The notes beneath the pieces are model-generated. The model was not told the origin of the DNA, ran no database searches, and was given only the letters and a program-made list of their open reading frames with translations. The translations under genes and the position numbers were made by a program. 64,000 nucleotides of DNA from the NCBI GenBank assembly GCA_977030845.1, contig OZ365109.1, positions 41,106,001 to 41,170,000 on the forward strand. The letters run 5' to 3'. The DNA comes from Fimbriosthenelais zetlandica. Lineage: Eukaryota. Positions 12,701 through 26,100 of this stretch are shown one piece after another. The stretch's first letter is position 1. Each line of letters starts with the position of its first letter.

Positions 12701-15700
12701 TCTAATGAAAAAATGCTTCTATATTGAAGGGTCATACACAACAATAATGTAACAATGCAGTCATTGGGTGAGGGGGTATCTGCTATTAATTACATGTATA
12801 AGGTTTCCCAGTGCGAGAAGGAAACACGCTGTCGGCAAAATGACAGCTTTGTTGTGCACTGACCCCAAATGCCATCATCAGATCTAGTATTGAGTATTGA
12901 AGTTGGAGTACTGAAGATTAGATCTCATGAGTGCTAGTAGTTGGGTGATTGAGTTACTCAGTCATTATTTATTGCCTTCAGATTTATTGGTGGGCTATAC
13001 GGGCGGGCAGTAGGCCGGCTGCTAGTAGAGCTACATGGAGGGGTGCCAAAAGAACGCTTCTGGTTATGGATAGATCCTGGCGCCCTCGCCCTTATTGGCG
13101 CTGCTTCCTTCTTTGGGGGAGTCTCCCGGCTGACAATGTCACTCACTGTTATCATGGTAAGGATTTTAATATCATCTTATATTGTTTTCTGTCATCTTCA
13201 TAATATTTCTCCTAAAAGTTCAGTGGCGGATCTGGAGGGGAGGGGTTAAGAAAACAAAGTAATAAAAAAGAAATTGTGAACCATCCCCTCAATCCCCTTG
13301 GGCCAGACCTGGGTTTTAGATGGCTTTGTAAAGGTTTATCTTATATTTCTCATAAAATAATGAGAATCTGATGATAAAAGTAATAAATGATATGCATGAA
13401 CTTCGTAGATAATTGGAACTGCTAATATTCAATCCCCATAATTAAGGGTTATGCGAATCTCGAAATGCCAATTTTATGCGAATCTCGAAATGCCAATTTT
13501 TGCAAAAGAAAATCACGAGCTGTTGTAAAATTTACATTTCACTGATAAACGTAAATTGTGCTAGGTTGACTCATCATGTGGTCAAATATTCTGTATCGAA
13601 AAAGGCCAGTGTTCTAATCAATAATAGACCCCTTAATTATCCGATTATTCACTTGCAGTTTCAGTATTGAATATAACATAAAATTGAATTGTAATTTCAG
13701 ATTGAAATTACCAACGATGTCGCCTTCCTTCTACCTATAATGGTAGCTATCATGGTAGCTAAGTGGGTGGGAGACTATATCACACATCCATTATACCATT
13801 CCCTCCTGGAGATGAAGTGTATACCATTCCTCGAGTCGGAACCTATAGTCTATGACGAGCAGCATACACTGTAAGTTTATGTTACAACTTACAATACTGT
13901 AATCAGTAACTGTTGTACATTGTACATTAATTGTAAGTTTAATTTACAACTCTTTTACCAGTTACCTTGTACACTAAGTTTACCAGCATTTTACCAGTTA
14001 CCTTGGACATTGTAATTTTACCAACATTTTACATTGTATACTGTAAGTTTACTTTACAACATTTCAACGTATCAGAACACCGACACAAAACTAAATTTTG
14101 CATTTTCCAATGAACCAAAAGTGCAAGCCTACTACAGAAACTGCCAAATTTGCATAATAGTGTCCATAAGACAACATTGGATTTGAGGGTAATAGTGAAT
14201 TTTAAATATAATATATTTTATTTCAGGTTGAATCTTGAGTTGTTTAAGGCCCGTGATGTGATGCATTGCCCCGTTATCACTATCACAACACGGGAATCGG
14301 CCGCCCATCTTGCCCATCTTCTGCTGGAAACAACCCATGGCGGCTTCCCGGTAGTTAAATGGGCAGAGGAGGCACGACAAGAGGTCGCTTATGGCCTCCT
14401 CACAAGGTAGGCATGAGGCATAATAGTTTCGTGACACATAACTAAAATGTTTTAATAAACAGTTCAATAAAATAGGATTGAAACAGTTAAATAAGGGAAT
14501 GGGGAGCAAGACCAAGAGGTAGACAGAGTGGGTAGACAAAGGCTTCCTTATCATGGTATTAGGCCTACATGTATGTAGGGAACGTAGAGTCCAGTTGGCA
14601 ACCCCCACCCCACAAAAATAATATTTTTTTGCATTGAAAGTATTGCAAAATTTCAGTGATATCCTGTTCCAAAAAAATTGTAGCCACATTCAAACTAGGA
14701 ACGGATAATTAATCATAGATCATATATCATTCATAGATAATTAAACGTATAAATAACCTAGCCTACAGAGACAAAATACAGAGAAATTATATATTACTGC
14801 AGATATCATAAGTTTATAATGCCATGAGCATGCCTATTATTGTATATAAATCTGTTTGGAGCACTTCAAGGACCCTGCATCTTGTTCTACATGTATACAG
14901 AAATGAAATGCTATTAAGATTTAATTGTCCCCCAGTGCCGGCTGCTTTCCTACTATTTATCATAGCCTGTACCCACTGACTTTACCTCACTGAGCATAAT
15001 TCTTCCTGGAGCATTTTGCATAAAATAATGAAATGTCAAAGGACAGCAATATATGGCTTGACTGTTACAATTATGCACAGTAACAGTCCCATTTAACTGT
15101 CAAAGTCTAATATTTTATTGAAGACTAGGATATCTAAAATAGAAATACACAGCTCTTTATATTCAAGGAAGAAAGGACTTTTTCCTTTGAAACGTATGGA
15201 CTCTTCAACTTGTATGAAGATCCTTTTCAAATGTTAAATCACTTTTCTACACATGTGTGGTCTTGACAATCGCCTCAAGCTCCAACAAAACCAAATTTCA
15301 CTAGAGCCCTCTCTGAACTAATCCCATTACTTCCTGAAAATGGCAGGGAAATGGCCGCCATCTTCAATGTTACAAATCCATCTGGGGACCAGTGTGTACA
15401 GTTCTATAATTATGTGACTCCGATTCTTTAATATTCCATTCCTGTGGATTATATTTAAATCCAGAAAAATATGGAATACATATGGGAGAATTTTATAGGG
15501 GAATGTTTTCAGCATGAAGAAAGTGGGTAGTATTTTCACATTTTTTGTTCCTGACCATCTTTATAACCATTCTTTCATTCACACCTCGCAAATCTTAGAA
15601 AATAAAGTTGTAAGTTTTAAACGATATATTTTTGGAGACACATATAAAGTGACGTTGTTTGTATTACAGGGTAGAGTTATGTGTGATACTCTATGATAGC

Positions 15701-16995
15701 AGTATTCGTAATCAAACCGGTGGCGGCGTTACATTATCACCGCGTGTGCAGTACGAGGATGTAAGTCAATTTTACACTCTCAAAAAGTTCTATTAAAAAC
15801 TGTCTTTAGTAGTCATTCTAATATGGGGATCTACATAAAGATTTTCCCGGGGACGAAATTCCCCTAATAGTGTCTAAATACTAGTTTAGATTTATGTAAG
15901 ACGTAAGCGACCTGCCTCAGCATCAAATTTCTGTATATGAAGAAACAAGTGAAAGCCTGAAAATTCTTTCTCCTCTCAATTTTTTTTCTCGTATTCATTT
16001 TGTCCTATTCTTCCCAAACTATAAGTTATTCTAAGCTTTGCCATCAAGCAAACAAAAGTATCCAATTATTTCTGTATTGTTCAGTATCAGTGGTGTCAAT
16101 TCAGTTTTGCATTGAGTTGCCGAGGTCAATAGCTTCAATTTGGTCTATTCCCCTGATTAAATGGGCTCTATTGCAAGATACTTTTTAACAAGATGAACAG
16201 ACAAGTATTGAGCCATGTATCATATCAATGCAAAGTCATGAATCTGTTTCATTCGAATGAAATAATCGTCCAATGAAAAGAGAAATATATAAATTTGAGA
16301 ATTTTTATATCGTTCTCAATGTTTCTGGCGTTTGTTTTTCAGATTTCTGTAGATAGATTATACAACCGAAAAGAAGTAGTTGAAGCATTGGAAAAGTACA
16401 TTGAGCAACCACATTTCAAGGAGGTCTATGTGGATTTGGTAGGTCATGATTTTCCTGCTTTTAAATAGTATTTAATTGTGCAAAAGTATCTGTGATACAT
16501 TTTATCAACATTTTAGAGACAAATATTGTTCTATATAAATTATGCTTTTCTGGTATGTTTATCACTAAAAGATGCAATATTTTATATATTGCCAATGAAT
16601 CTAATATTATGCAATGAGTGTTGAATAATTTCCTCAATCCTCCTCCTTTATGCCGAAACAGATTCTATAAATATCTCAATTGCTTCCCTTGTCCCCGAAA
16701 CACTAATCTTTTTGTATTATTTTCCATGCAGGAGCCGTATATCAATAGGTCGGCCCCACATATAGAGGAAAACTTTTCCCTTCATAGGACCTATATCATC
16801 TTTAGAACGCTAGGCCTCCGCCACTTGACTGTTGTAGACTTGGCCAACCGTGTTGTTGGAATAGTATCTAGAAAGGATTTAATGGGATACAATCTTGAGG
16901 AGAAACTTGAACAGAGAAAGAGGCGGGGATATAGCTTGGAGGGGGGCATTCAAAAACTATTGCCTTCAGAACAGTCGGAAGCGCAAATTCGCTGA
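6790..16995 (+). CDS. CLC-family chloride transporter, ClC-6/7-related (chloride channel protein C-like), 3' portion with two CBS domains
   Basis: 12 GT-AG exons in continuous frame: 6790-6882, 7333-7576, 7852-8046, 10734-10843, 11469-11779, 12000-12171, 12982-13156, 13701-13870, 14227-14406, 15670-15760, 16343-16438, 16732-16995 (TGA). Hallmarks: [74 protein letters not shown]1 [11 protein letters not shown]2 [22 protein letters not shown]. Exons for GSGxPE and GxEGP not found in the window. Confidence 0.95.
8245..8375. repeat. 21-bp-unit degenerate tandem array (intronic)
   Basis: About 6 units resembling CTGCAGGTTGAGTCGAGTCTC. Confidence 0.75.
12290..12600. repeat. Degenerate array of the same 21-bp CTGCAG/TGGGCCCA family
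   Basis: Recurrent CCAATCTGCAG, ACTGGGCCCA and CAGTCT motifs. Confidence 0.55.
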
Positions 16996-19900
16996 CACCA
17001 ACCCGCAACTGACTTCAACCACATGAAGGAGAGAACCACGAAGATAACGATGAGTGCAGTGATGAGAAAATCAATAACAAACATGGAAATGATTGTACCA
17101 TACAAGTCCATGATGCAGATATCTGCCCTCCTCCTCTTCCCCCTCAATGCCTAAGTACGACACCCAGGGCTTGTGTTTGTTTTTAACTGGTTGAATGTGA
17201 TCTCAGTTGAACTGTTTCACACTCTCTGAGAGTAAAACAAAAGACAAAACTCACTGTTTGGCCACTGTGATAAGAAAGGCACGCCGCAGGTTCGTGCGTG
17301 TAAACTACAGACCCGGTATTGATAACGTGTATATGTACAAGCAGCAGCAACAACCAAAACCCTGACAGAGAGGTACCAACTTCTGACGTCTGCCAGTATG
17401 GGCCGTGTGACATTATTAATGAACGACTACCTAAATATCCAAGGAAAAGATCTTTAAATTAAATTATCTGTGTTGATAATATTATGCAAAGCGGGCGGAG
17501 ATCTACGAAGGAGTTTAATACAGGTTGTTTCTGTGATTGGAAACAAACCTGAATGTTATGTAACTGAAGAGAAGGGGATTTAAAAGATCAAAAATAACAC
17601 TTGTAGGCTGGCGCCCACTAAAACGCCTAGAATGTACATAGGGCCAAGGCTGTGTGGGCATTGATGGAATAATACCTTCCAAGCAGGACCAAAATAAGTG
17701 AATATTTAAAAAAAAAAACGGGTTACAATTGTTGGTTGTGCGGAGCTCCACCGGATAACATACAGGCTGAGAGTGAGTGGAAGGGATGTACATGGTGTAA
17801 TGCTGGATCTCTCATAAACCGGGATTGTTCGTTGTTAATAGTCGACCTAGGATTACAAAAAACAACATAGAACCGTGCTATTATCATCATAAACATTGTG
17901 CCCCGATAACAAATACACATGTGCACACATACCATTACACACATGTGTCTTGAGGAGGGGAAAACTATTAATAATAAATCACATTGGTATTCAACCAGAG
18001 GAGTGCATAAAAACTCTTCATAATTGAATTCAGGCAGGACCGAAGTCATTGCAGGTGTCATGATAAACCTAAAATAATCTTAATTCAAATTTTAAAAAAA
18101 CAACATCAACATGAACGAGAGTACCACCAAAATGTTAATCAAGTGAATGGCATACGGAAAGGATGGATTATTCAAGTGATATCATAAAAGTCAGACAATG
18201 ATACTTGCAATGCATCTTACTCATGACATGTAGTCAATCGCAGTTGTTCTAATAACATTGATTGTCCTAAGTCCCAGTCTTATACTTTGTTTTGCGAGAA
18301 GCTGTGGTCTAAAGAACAGTCGGAGATTTTTTCCCCACAGTTTTTTTCGTGACCTTATATATATAAACTGTTACTGAGAAAACTACTGATACGTCATTGC
18401 ATATCTGTTTGTTTATACTTAGTTCCATGCCACTGTTTCCAGTTTTATTGGATATATATTGGATTATATATATAAGCATATCCTGTAAGTTGATATTATA
18501 TAACACTACAAAGCTACTGCAATAGAGGGGTCTTGTGAGTTTGATCATCAACCCACTGCAAACACAGGCCAAAAGTTCAGGGAGTGATATCTTTAAACAA
18601 AAGTAGTCCGCCCAGTGTGGATAGATTTGTACGCATCAAGGCCTGTGCGGAAGGATACATATGTCTATGCAGCTTCCATCTTGGAAAGGCGGAGGCGATG
18701 ACACCAGGACCTTTTCTCGCACTGTGATAAAAAAAGCCAGGTCCCTCAGTCGGACCGGAGACAATTGCTGTAAATATGGGGTTAATATATGTGTATTTTA
18801 TATGTCTGTACAGTAAACGCTCGCTAATCTCACTCATCATTAATTAATGCAAACGCGCATCTCTCCTTATTCTATAAATACACACTTCTATGTAATAATA
18901 CTCTAAATAATAACGATATAATTCAAGGGAATCAGACTTTGTATTACACATAGATCCATAATGGGATATTATTATTATTATTCCTAATAATAATAATGGT
19001 GAAAATAATTGCTTATTATTCATTCGTCACACATTTTACACTCCCATTATCAGTCCCTTTTGTAAGCAAAAAAAAACAAAAGACAGAAAATAATCATTAT
19101 TCCAGTTCATTGATTTGGTCGTCTAGAGCAAAAATATCATGTGATTCATTATATATATACCATGGCAGATAAGTCATTAATCTCTGCGCATCATTTACTT
19201 TCTGATTTCATTGTATATTTAATAGACAAATTCTTATATTCAGCCTCTCCCGTTGTATATCTTGGGATAGAAGTGGAATTTCTTTTCTAGAAACTCGAAT
19301 TAATAACTAAATAGAATGTGAAATTCGCTCACCAGAAATAATATAGTTGGGGACCAGCCAAGGCCGAAATCTACACTCCTGCCTGATTCTCAAGATGGAC
19401 ACCTTACATAATAATACAATGACTCAAATATACTGTATCCTCAATACAACCTGACTTGCCACGAACATACAACTATATAAATAAATAAAAGATAGAACTC
19501 AGCACTTAAGACTAAAACTTTTGGCAAATGTAACCTGAAATGATCATAAATACCTGACTTTAAGATAATAAAGAAAATGACTTCTGCATGTGTTGTTTGC
19601 TTCTTGTTTTCTACCTGGGGACCAGAGGACAGTAAAATAGGAGGTGTTCATGTTAAGAGAACAAAGTTAAGAAAATAATATCAGAAATGGGTCAAGACGA
19701 TTGGACTGGAGTATTTGAAATATTAGTAATACAAATGGGGTCCAGTCTCTTACAGATAGGATGAGTCCCTTAAACATTGAACCCTTTGCAAATTGGGCCC
19801 AGTCTCTAGCAATGTGTTTAAATTTATGATCAGGAGGAAATGTCCCTGCAAAATACTACCGTTTTCTACCAAGTTCTTTCACGAACGCCCGACTTCGTGA

Positions 19901-20174
19901 TATGAACACCCCTGAATCCTTAATACCTTCTTGGGCGGCTTTGTCCTTGAATGACTTTGAGGAAATGAGTTGTTAAGGAGACATGTTCATTCGCATTACC
20001 AAATATGGGGCGATGTAGGAGTGAGCCTTCAGATGAAGTCCTGAATCTGCCTCATATCATTTCATCCTTGTACATCTGATGGCTTGGCATACAGTATTAT
20101 TTGATCCTGATAGATAAGAATGAGATAACACAGAATTCAATTACGAGAGTCTGGATGCGGTATCTCCCATGGCA

Positions 20175-20420
20175 GGAGACCTATGCAGATTGGGCTCAGT
20201 GCGCTGCAGATTGGGCCCAGCATAGTTATTGAATCCAATCGTGTGCAGATTGGGGCTAGTCCCCTGCAGATTGGGCCAGTTTCAAGCAGACTGGGGGGAA
20301 TTGGACCAATCGTCTCTCAAATCCTGTCATGACTGAGATTTGTTCCCTGCTGATTTTGACAAGTTCCTTTGCAGAATGGGCCGGTGAGTCTCCAGATTGG
20401 GATCAGTCTCCTGCAGATTA
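20175..20420. repeat. Degenerate array of the same 21-bp family
   Basis: CTGCAGATTGGG(C/G)(C/T)(C/A)AG repeated several times. Confidence 0.65.
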
Positions 20421-23103
20421 TTTTTTTTAAGTCTCCATCAGATTGGTGTCAGGCTCTGTCAGGCTCTTGCTGCCTGATGGGTATTACTTACATATGAAGG
20501 TCAAACCACAGGGAATTAAAATTGCTTATTTTTCAACATATTAGTTCATCCAATGAACGGGTCTTAAGTGATTTAGATTCCAATATATAAATACACATCA
20601 AAGAGTCTAAACCCCTAATATTCAAGCAGTTGCTGTGGATTCATTTCAAGGTTATAATCCATGAAGAGGTTTCTTCTTCCTACTGTACAGCCTGAAGGAA
20701 ATCACTTCTAATGCCGCCCAGTAATATGAATAAATCTTTAATGAAGAACCCATGCAAATCCATGCAGTCCTCTGCAAGACATTTGGCATGTTTTTTCAAA
20801 TGCGCCCTTCGGGTATTGTCCCTTTCCTTATTGTCAAGAAGGGCGGTGAGAAAGGACTCATTTTTCACTTGCTTGTGCCATTAAAATCGTGTACTACTTC
20901 TGCATAGGCCTCCGGACATAGCCCGTTTTTAATCAGGAAAGATAAGGTGACAAGAACCTTAGTTTTGTACAGTTATATAGCGAAGCTTATATCTGCACAT
21001 AAAAGATTCACTGCAGTGCCACCTGAATCCAGAATAACGAATTAAAGTAAAGGGATACTGATGCTATTAGTAACATGAAATTTAAAGGAAATAGGAAATA
21101 TAGAGTGCACCCCATTAAAACCTTGAAGCTGGAAAGCACGTTTGGTCAGTACCGGATGTCCCAAGGAGCACTGTAGGCCTAATATCATCTTCATATAGTT
21201 TATTTAAACAGAATATATTTACTAAAATTTCGACCTCGAGTTACAGTTCATGAAACTTGATTGATATGACCATACTATACTTATAACGTAAAAGGATACT
21301 TAAATAGGGATAAGTACATTAGACATGAATAAATCGATGCCACTTAGTCTCCTAAATTCATATAATCAGCAAGGTGAATTTACATGCAAATATTATAGCA
21401 GGAGAGCTAGATAAATGATACCGTATCACAGAGTATTATCAAAATAATAAGTACAAAATATTATAACCATACCTACATTATAGGAAACATTGTATACCGT
21501 TGTTCAGCCCCACCATATTTATGGTTAACTTAAAATATGTAAGATTTTGTCAGCTGTTCTTTGTGATAACTCGACAAATAATAATAATAATGTATTATAG
21601 AATAACTTTAAAGCTTTAGCTGAACTGAATCTAGAGAAAAATACTTTTGTTTTAAACAACTGCAAATTTTGACATGGTTCAGTTAGGCCTAATCATTTGT
21701 TTTTATAATATTATGAGGTGGGCCGAAACTATTTGGTACAAACTGTATTGTTGAAAACGGTTTCTCTTGAAAGGAGCAATACATGCACAACAGACAATAA
21801 GTAATAACTAAGCAATAACAGGCCTAAAATTTTCAACATTGGAAAGCCACTGAAACAACAGTATAGAATACTGCTGGATATCAGATTAAAATAGTAACGA
21901 AACAAAAGCTCAACAGAAGCAAGAATTCCTTATAGCTTCCCTTCCCGTTTCCTTAAAGTTTTCCTTATTTCTTAAAGAAAATTCTTAACCTAACAGCGAA
22001 GGTCGGGGGCAATCGACACCAAAATGTACATATGTACAAATTATACTCTTAATTTAATCAAGGAAATAAATGGATATAATTAACAGTTACAACATGCAAT
22101 TGTTACACCTTATTATTGTGTCAGATATCAACAAATGTTTAAATACGAAAAAACTGCGATTATATAAAAAGAATTAGTCAAATTCTAATAACTTTAAAAA
22201 TGTCAATATCAAACCCACCCCGTAATCCACCTACAGATCAGTCTAGATAGAGAGACAACAATATGAGTCCACTGAGAGTCATATAGAAAACTCCCAACCG
22301 AATGAGGTATATATATGTAGCTTTGTAATTAAGACTAAACTACTAGCCAATAGGACTAAGGGGGATACAGTTCGTGAATTGCACAAATATTTGCCTACAT
22401 TATATAAATAATGAAAAGCAATTCACCAAACAAATGAAATTCCTGTCTCAATTACCAATTACTCACCCTTCACTACTTTTATCCCTTGGAGAAAAAAATA
22501 TTGAAAGAAGAGTCAGATGGTGGAAAATGAAAATGAAAACCAATAAAAATAGTTTTCCTGATTCAAGGTGACCTTGTGATGAAAGAGGAGAAATGGGAGA
22601 CCCGTGGATTTCTTTCATTGGAAAGGATCGCAGGGATCCTGTTACCAAAACTGGAAGGGAAACAATTTATTCCATCAGGATCTCTCTCTGTGCCAACTTT
22701 CTCAGATGAAAATGTTCAGTCTAGCAGAAAACAAAAGATGGAAGAAGGAAAATTGAACAGAAATGAAATCAGGGCATCAAGGTGGATGGAATTTCCTCCA
22801 ATTAATATCACATTTCACCACGTAAAGGAGGAGCTCCACTGCTGCCATCAATTGTGCTTGCAGCACTAGTGCGGATGCTTGCATCGCGATATAGGCCTAG
22901 TTTACAAATATTATGATGTAATTGTCTAAGGCCTTAATTAGGCCGTAATCCACTGACCAGTACGCTACATTTATCATAGCGACCGAAGCATTATAATTAC
23001 ATGTATTTGTCGCAGTAGTGTCACAAAGAAAATCGCAGTAGTAGAGCAGCTTCTTAAGAAATACGAGAAGCCAATATACAGTATGAGGAGAATTAGCCGA
23101 GTG

Positions 23104-26100
23104 CTATCTGGCACTTTGCATTGGGGTTTCATTGGTTAACTTAGAGAGTGTGAGATTTGCAACTAATTTAGGATTTCTTGGTTTGGGTTGTAATGGTGCC
23201 GGGGGAGGTGGAGGAGGTGGTGGGTTCACGTTCCCAGTGTTAGAACTGCCAGAGGCGGAAGATGTGGTGGATTGGCCACTGTGAAATCTGGAAAAAGAAA
23301 AACCAATGTTATAAACAGTACTGCCAACCAAATATTTGTATACTGATAAAACATGCAGTTTGTTTAATAAGCAATTTAGAGCATTAATTCTTCATCCACA
23401 ATTTTTATATCTATGTATGTAGACGACATATCTTAGGACGAGTATAGGAAACACTGTAGAGAAGATGTGGAAAATGCCTCGCGGTTCGTAGAGTTTGGGG
23501 AGGCCAAGCCTGACAATGAACTGAAATTTGGTTGGAAATTTGTCCAAAGATTCTACTATATAGTAGAATATATTTAATTTGCCAAAGGGCAAAGTTTTCA
23601 AGGGCTTTCCGTTACAAAAAACAGTTTTGTGGCATTCCATGTCATTCCTGGAATTGAACCTGGGACCACCCACCTTCAGATCGAATATGTGAAACCATCA
23701 TAAAGACAAAAGTAAGTCACCTACCTGTCTGGTTGGTTAAGTCGTCCATTGTTGGGGAGGGGAAGTCTGGCCGCCTCCCCCTCTGGTCTATAGGACGGGC
23801 CGTACATGAAGACCGGGTTGCGCAGATCTATGTCCATGCTCTGACGAGGTAACTGGTCCATACGCAAGGATGACTGCCCTGTCAACACCAAAACACATCG
23901 ATCATGTCACGGGAGAAAAAAGTGGAGAGAAATCAAGTGTGGCAGTAACGAAACATGAATGGCGTTATCAGGTTCCCACAGGGAGAGGTGGCAGAAATTT
24001 AACGGGTTTAATGATTTTTAAAGTTACAAATTAAGAATATTTATTCCCTATTATAGTATTAAACTTTGCCTACATTGATCGTGAGAAAAATTAAGGGATT
24101 CTTACATTCATTTTCATTTTCAGGAACTTTAAGGGTTTGTGGGAGCACTGGTCATGACATACCATGACTGGAAGCAAAATTCCCAACCCAATGCATAATT
24201 ATCGCAAATGTCGATATAATAGATGCATCATGGAAAAAACAGTTGCAAAATGTTACCATTTTACCAATGACTAAACCTAAGGTGCGATAAGTAATGAGCC
24301 ACTTTACCTCCTACTGTGTATCAGATTTAAACAAACTGAATTCTGCTTGAAAAAGTGTGACCACATTACAATAATTTCAAAAATAAGGAAAATACCAGAG
24401 GCATCAAGTAAAATACTGTGAAATGAAGAAATATGGGATGTAAGACAAGGGTGACATCAAAGTGTACGGAAAAGACGAGCACTAGACGAAACTATATTCG
24501 TCGAAGACTCTCGGGTGAATTGACAAATTAGGGTAACTACATGTGCCAGAGCTAGACAGAATGATAGGGTTTCAACACAAACGACTTGTCCCTCAAGCTG
24601 TGGACTGGAGTCCAGACCCATATAGACTATATATAATGGTAGGAAACTCAGGACTGGACTCAATTTGCAGGAGACAGAAATGAGGCAGTGGTGGACGACA
24701 CAATGTCTGCATCGGCATGAAACTGGACCCTACAGGGAACAAGAATAGTGTACATTTGCAGGAGACTGGGAGGGACCCACTCTGTATGGTACTTGACCCA
24801 GTCTGCATGGAACTTGACCCAGTCTGCATGGAACTTGACCCAGTCTGCATGGGCCTTGAATCAGTCTGCAGAAGACAAGACTAAATCTGCAGGATACTGG
24901 CCCAGCTTGAAGGGAACTTTACTCAATGTGCAAAAGGCTGGACCAGTGCTGGAGACTGGATCCAGTTTGCAGGTAACTTGATTCAATCTGCAGAAGATAC
25001 TCAATGATAATGAGTAACTCTATATGACTGGACCCTATCCATGCTGACTGGACAGGTCTGAGACTGGAATAGACCGCCTCAGCCTGAGCCTGGGACAAGT
25101 CGGAATTGTTGACACATTTCCCACTACTTCTTCACTCTCATGCAAGGGAGATTCATTTACCATATTCTCTCCCCAGGGTTCGCTTGAAAAGGTAACATTT
25201 TGGTTAGGTTAAGCCGAAAATTTCAATAGGCAATTACATAGAATGACAATTAGGCTACATAATTAAATTAGATTAATATTAGATATTGGGAACGTTGCAT
25301 AATTCCGCGAGCACTCGCGAGCATAACGCATTCTCACGCATAAATACATTCACCAGATTCTGAAATATTTTTTTAATACTTACCCCTCTCTAGTATAGCC
25401 AGGTTAGAAACCTGTCGATGCATACTGGTAGGGAGGTTGGCGGGTTGTGTCCGAAGTTGCATGGGTACAAATTTATTCTGACTTAGCTCCGTTTGAGGTT
25501 TGGCGGGAAAGTCTGGCTTCCAGGGTCGGCTGGACTGAGGCAGCGAACGGCTGACATTCAACTTTTCAAGGTTACGTCTCAACCCAGATCTGAAAAGTCA
25601 TATTAGTTTCGTAATAACAATGTGGAATTGTGTACACTAGTTCATTTATTTAATTAACATGCTCCGATAAAAAAATTTAACTAACGTATACTGATCAAAA
25701 TAATCGTCTTTCGAATATCATTTATCTTCTTATTTCTATGCTTGGATATTTGGTACTATTGGGAGACTCCTATGCTTATTTACAAGGCAATGAACAGGAG
25801 TGAATCTCAAATAATACTTATGGAATAGTATAACCTATATGAGAGTCTTTGCATTGACAAGCAATAAGAAAAAAGTAAGAAAAACACAATAGGGAACAAC
25901 GCATTAGTGGGATCTTGAGCATTCACTCATTGCAAAGCTAATTGTCGTCTGTTGAGTTTGCATCGACGACAGTTGGTTGTGCAAAGGCAGAATGTGTGTG
26001 ATGGAGAAAGAGCCTGATAGTATAGTATACCTGTTAGTAGAAATCAGGATATTGCTTGAGGAACGCTGAAGTGGCGCTGAAGGAGGAGGGAGGATAGGCG

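Noticed and set aside
18665-18845. Short + frame with faint MADS-box likeness (TRTFSRTVIKKARSLS)
   Set aside because: Spacing does not fit, no supporting exons, under 60 codons; likely chance.
20680-20868. 62-aa - strand ORF between the convergent genes
   Set aside because: No clear splice partners or recognisable motif.
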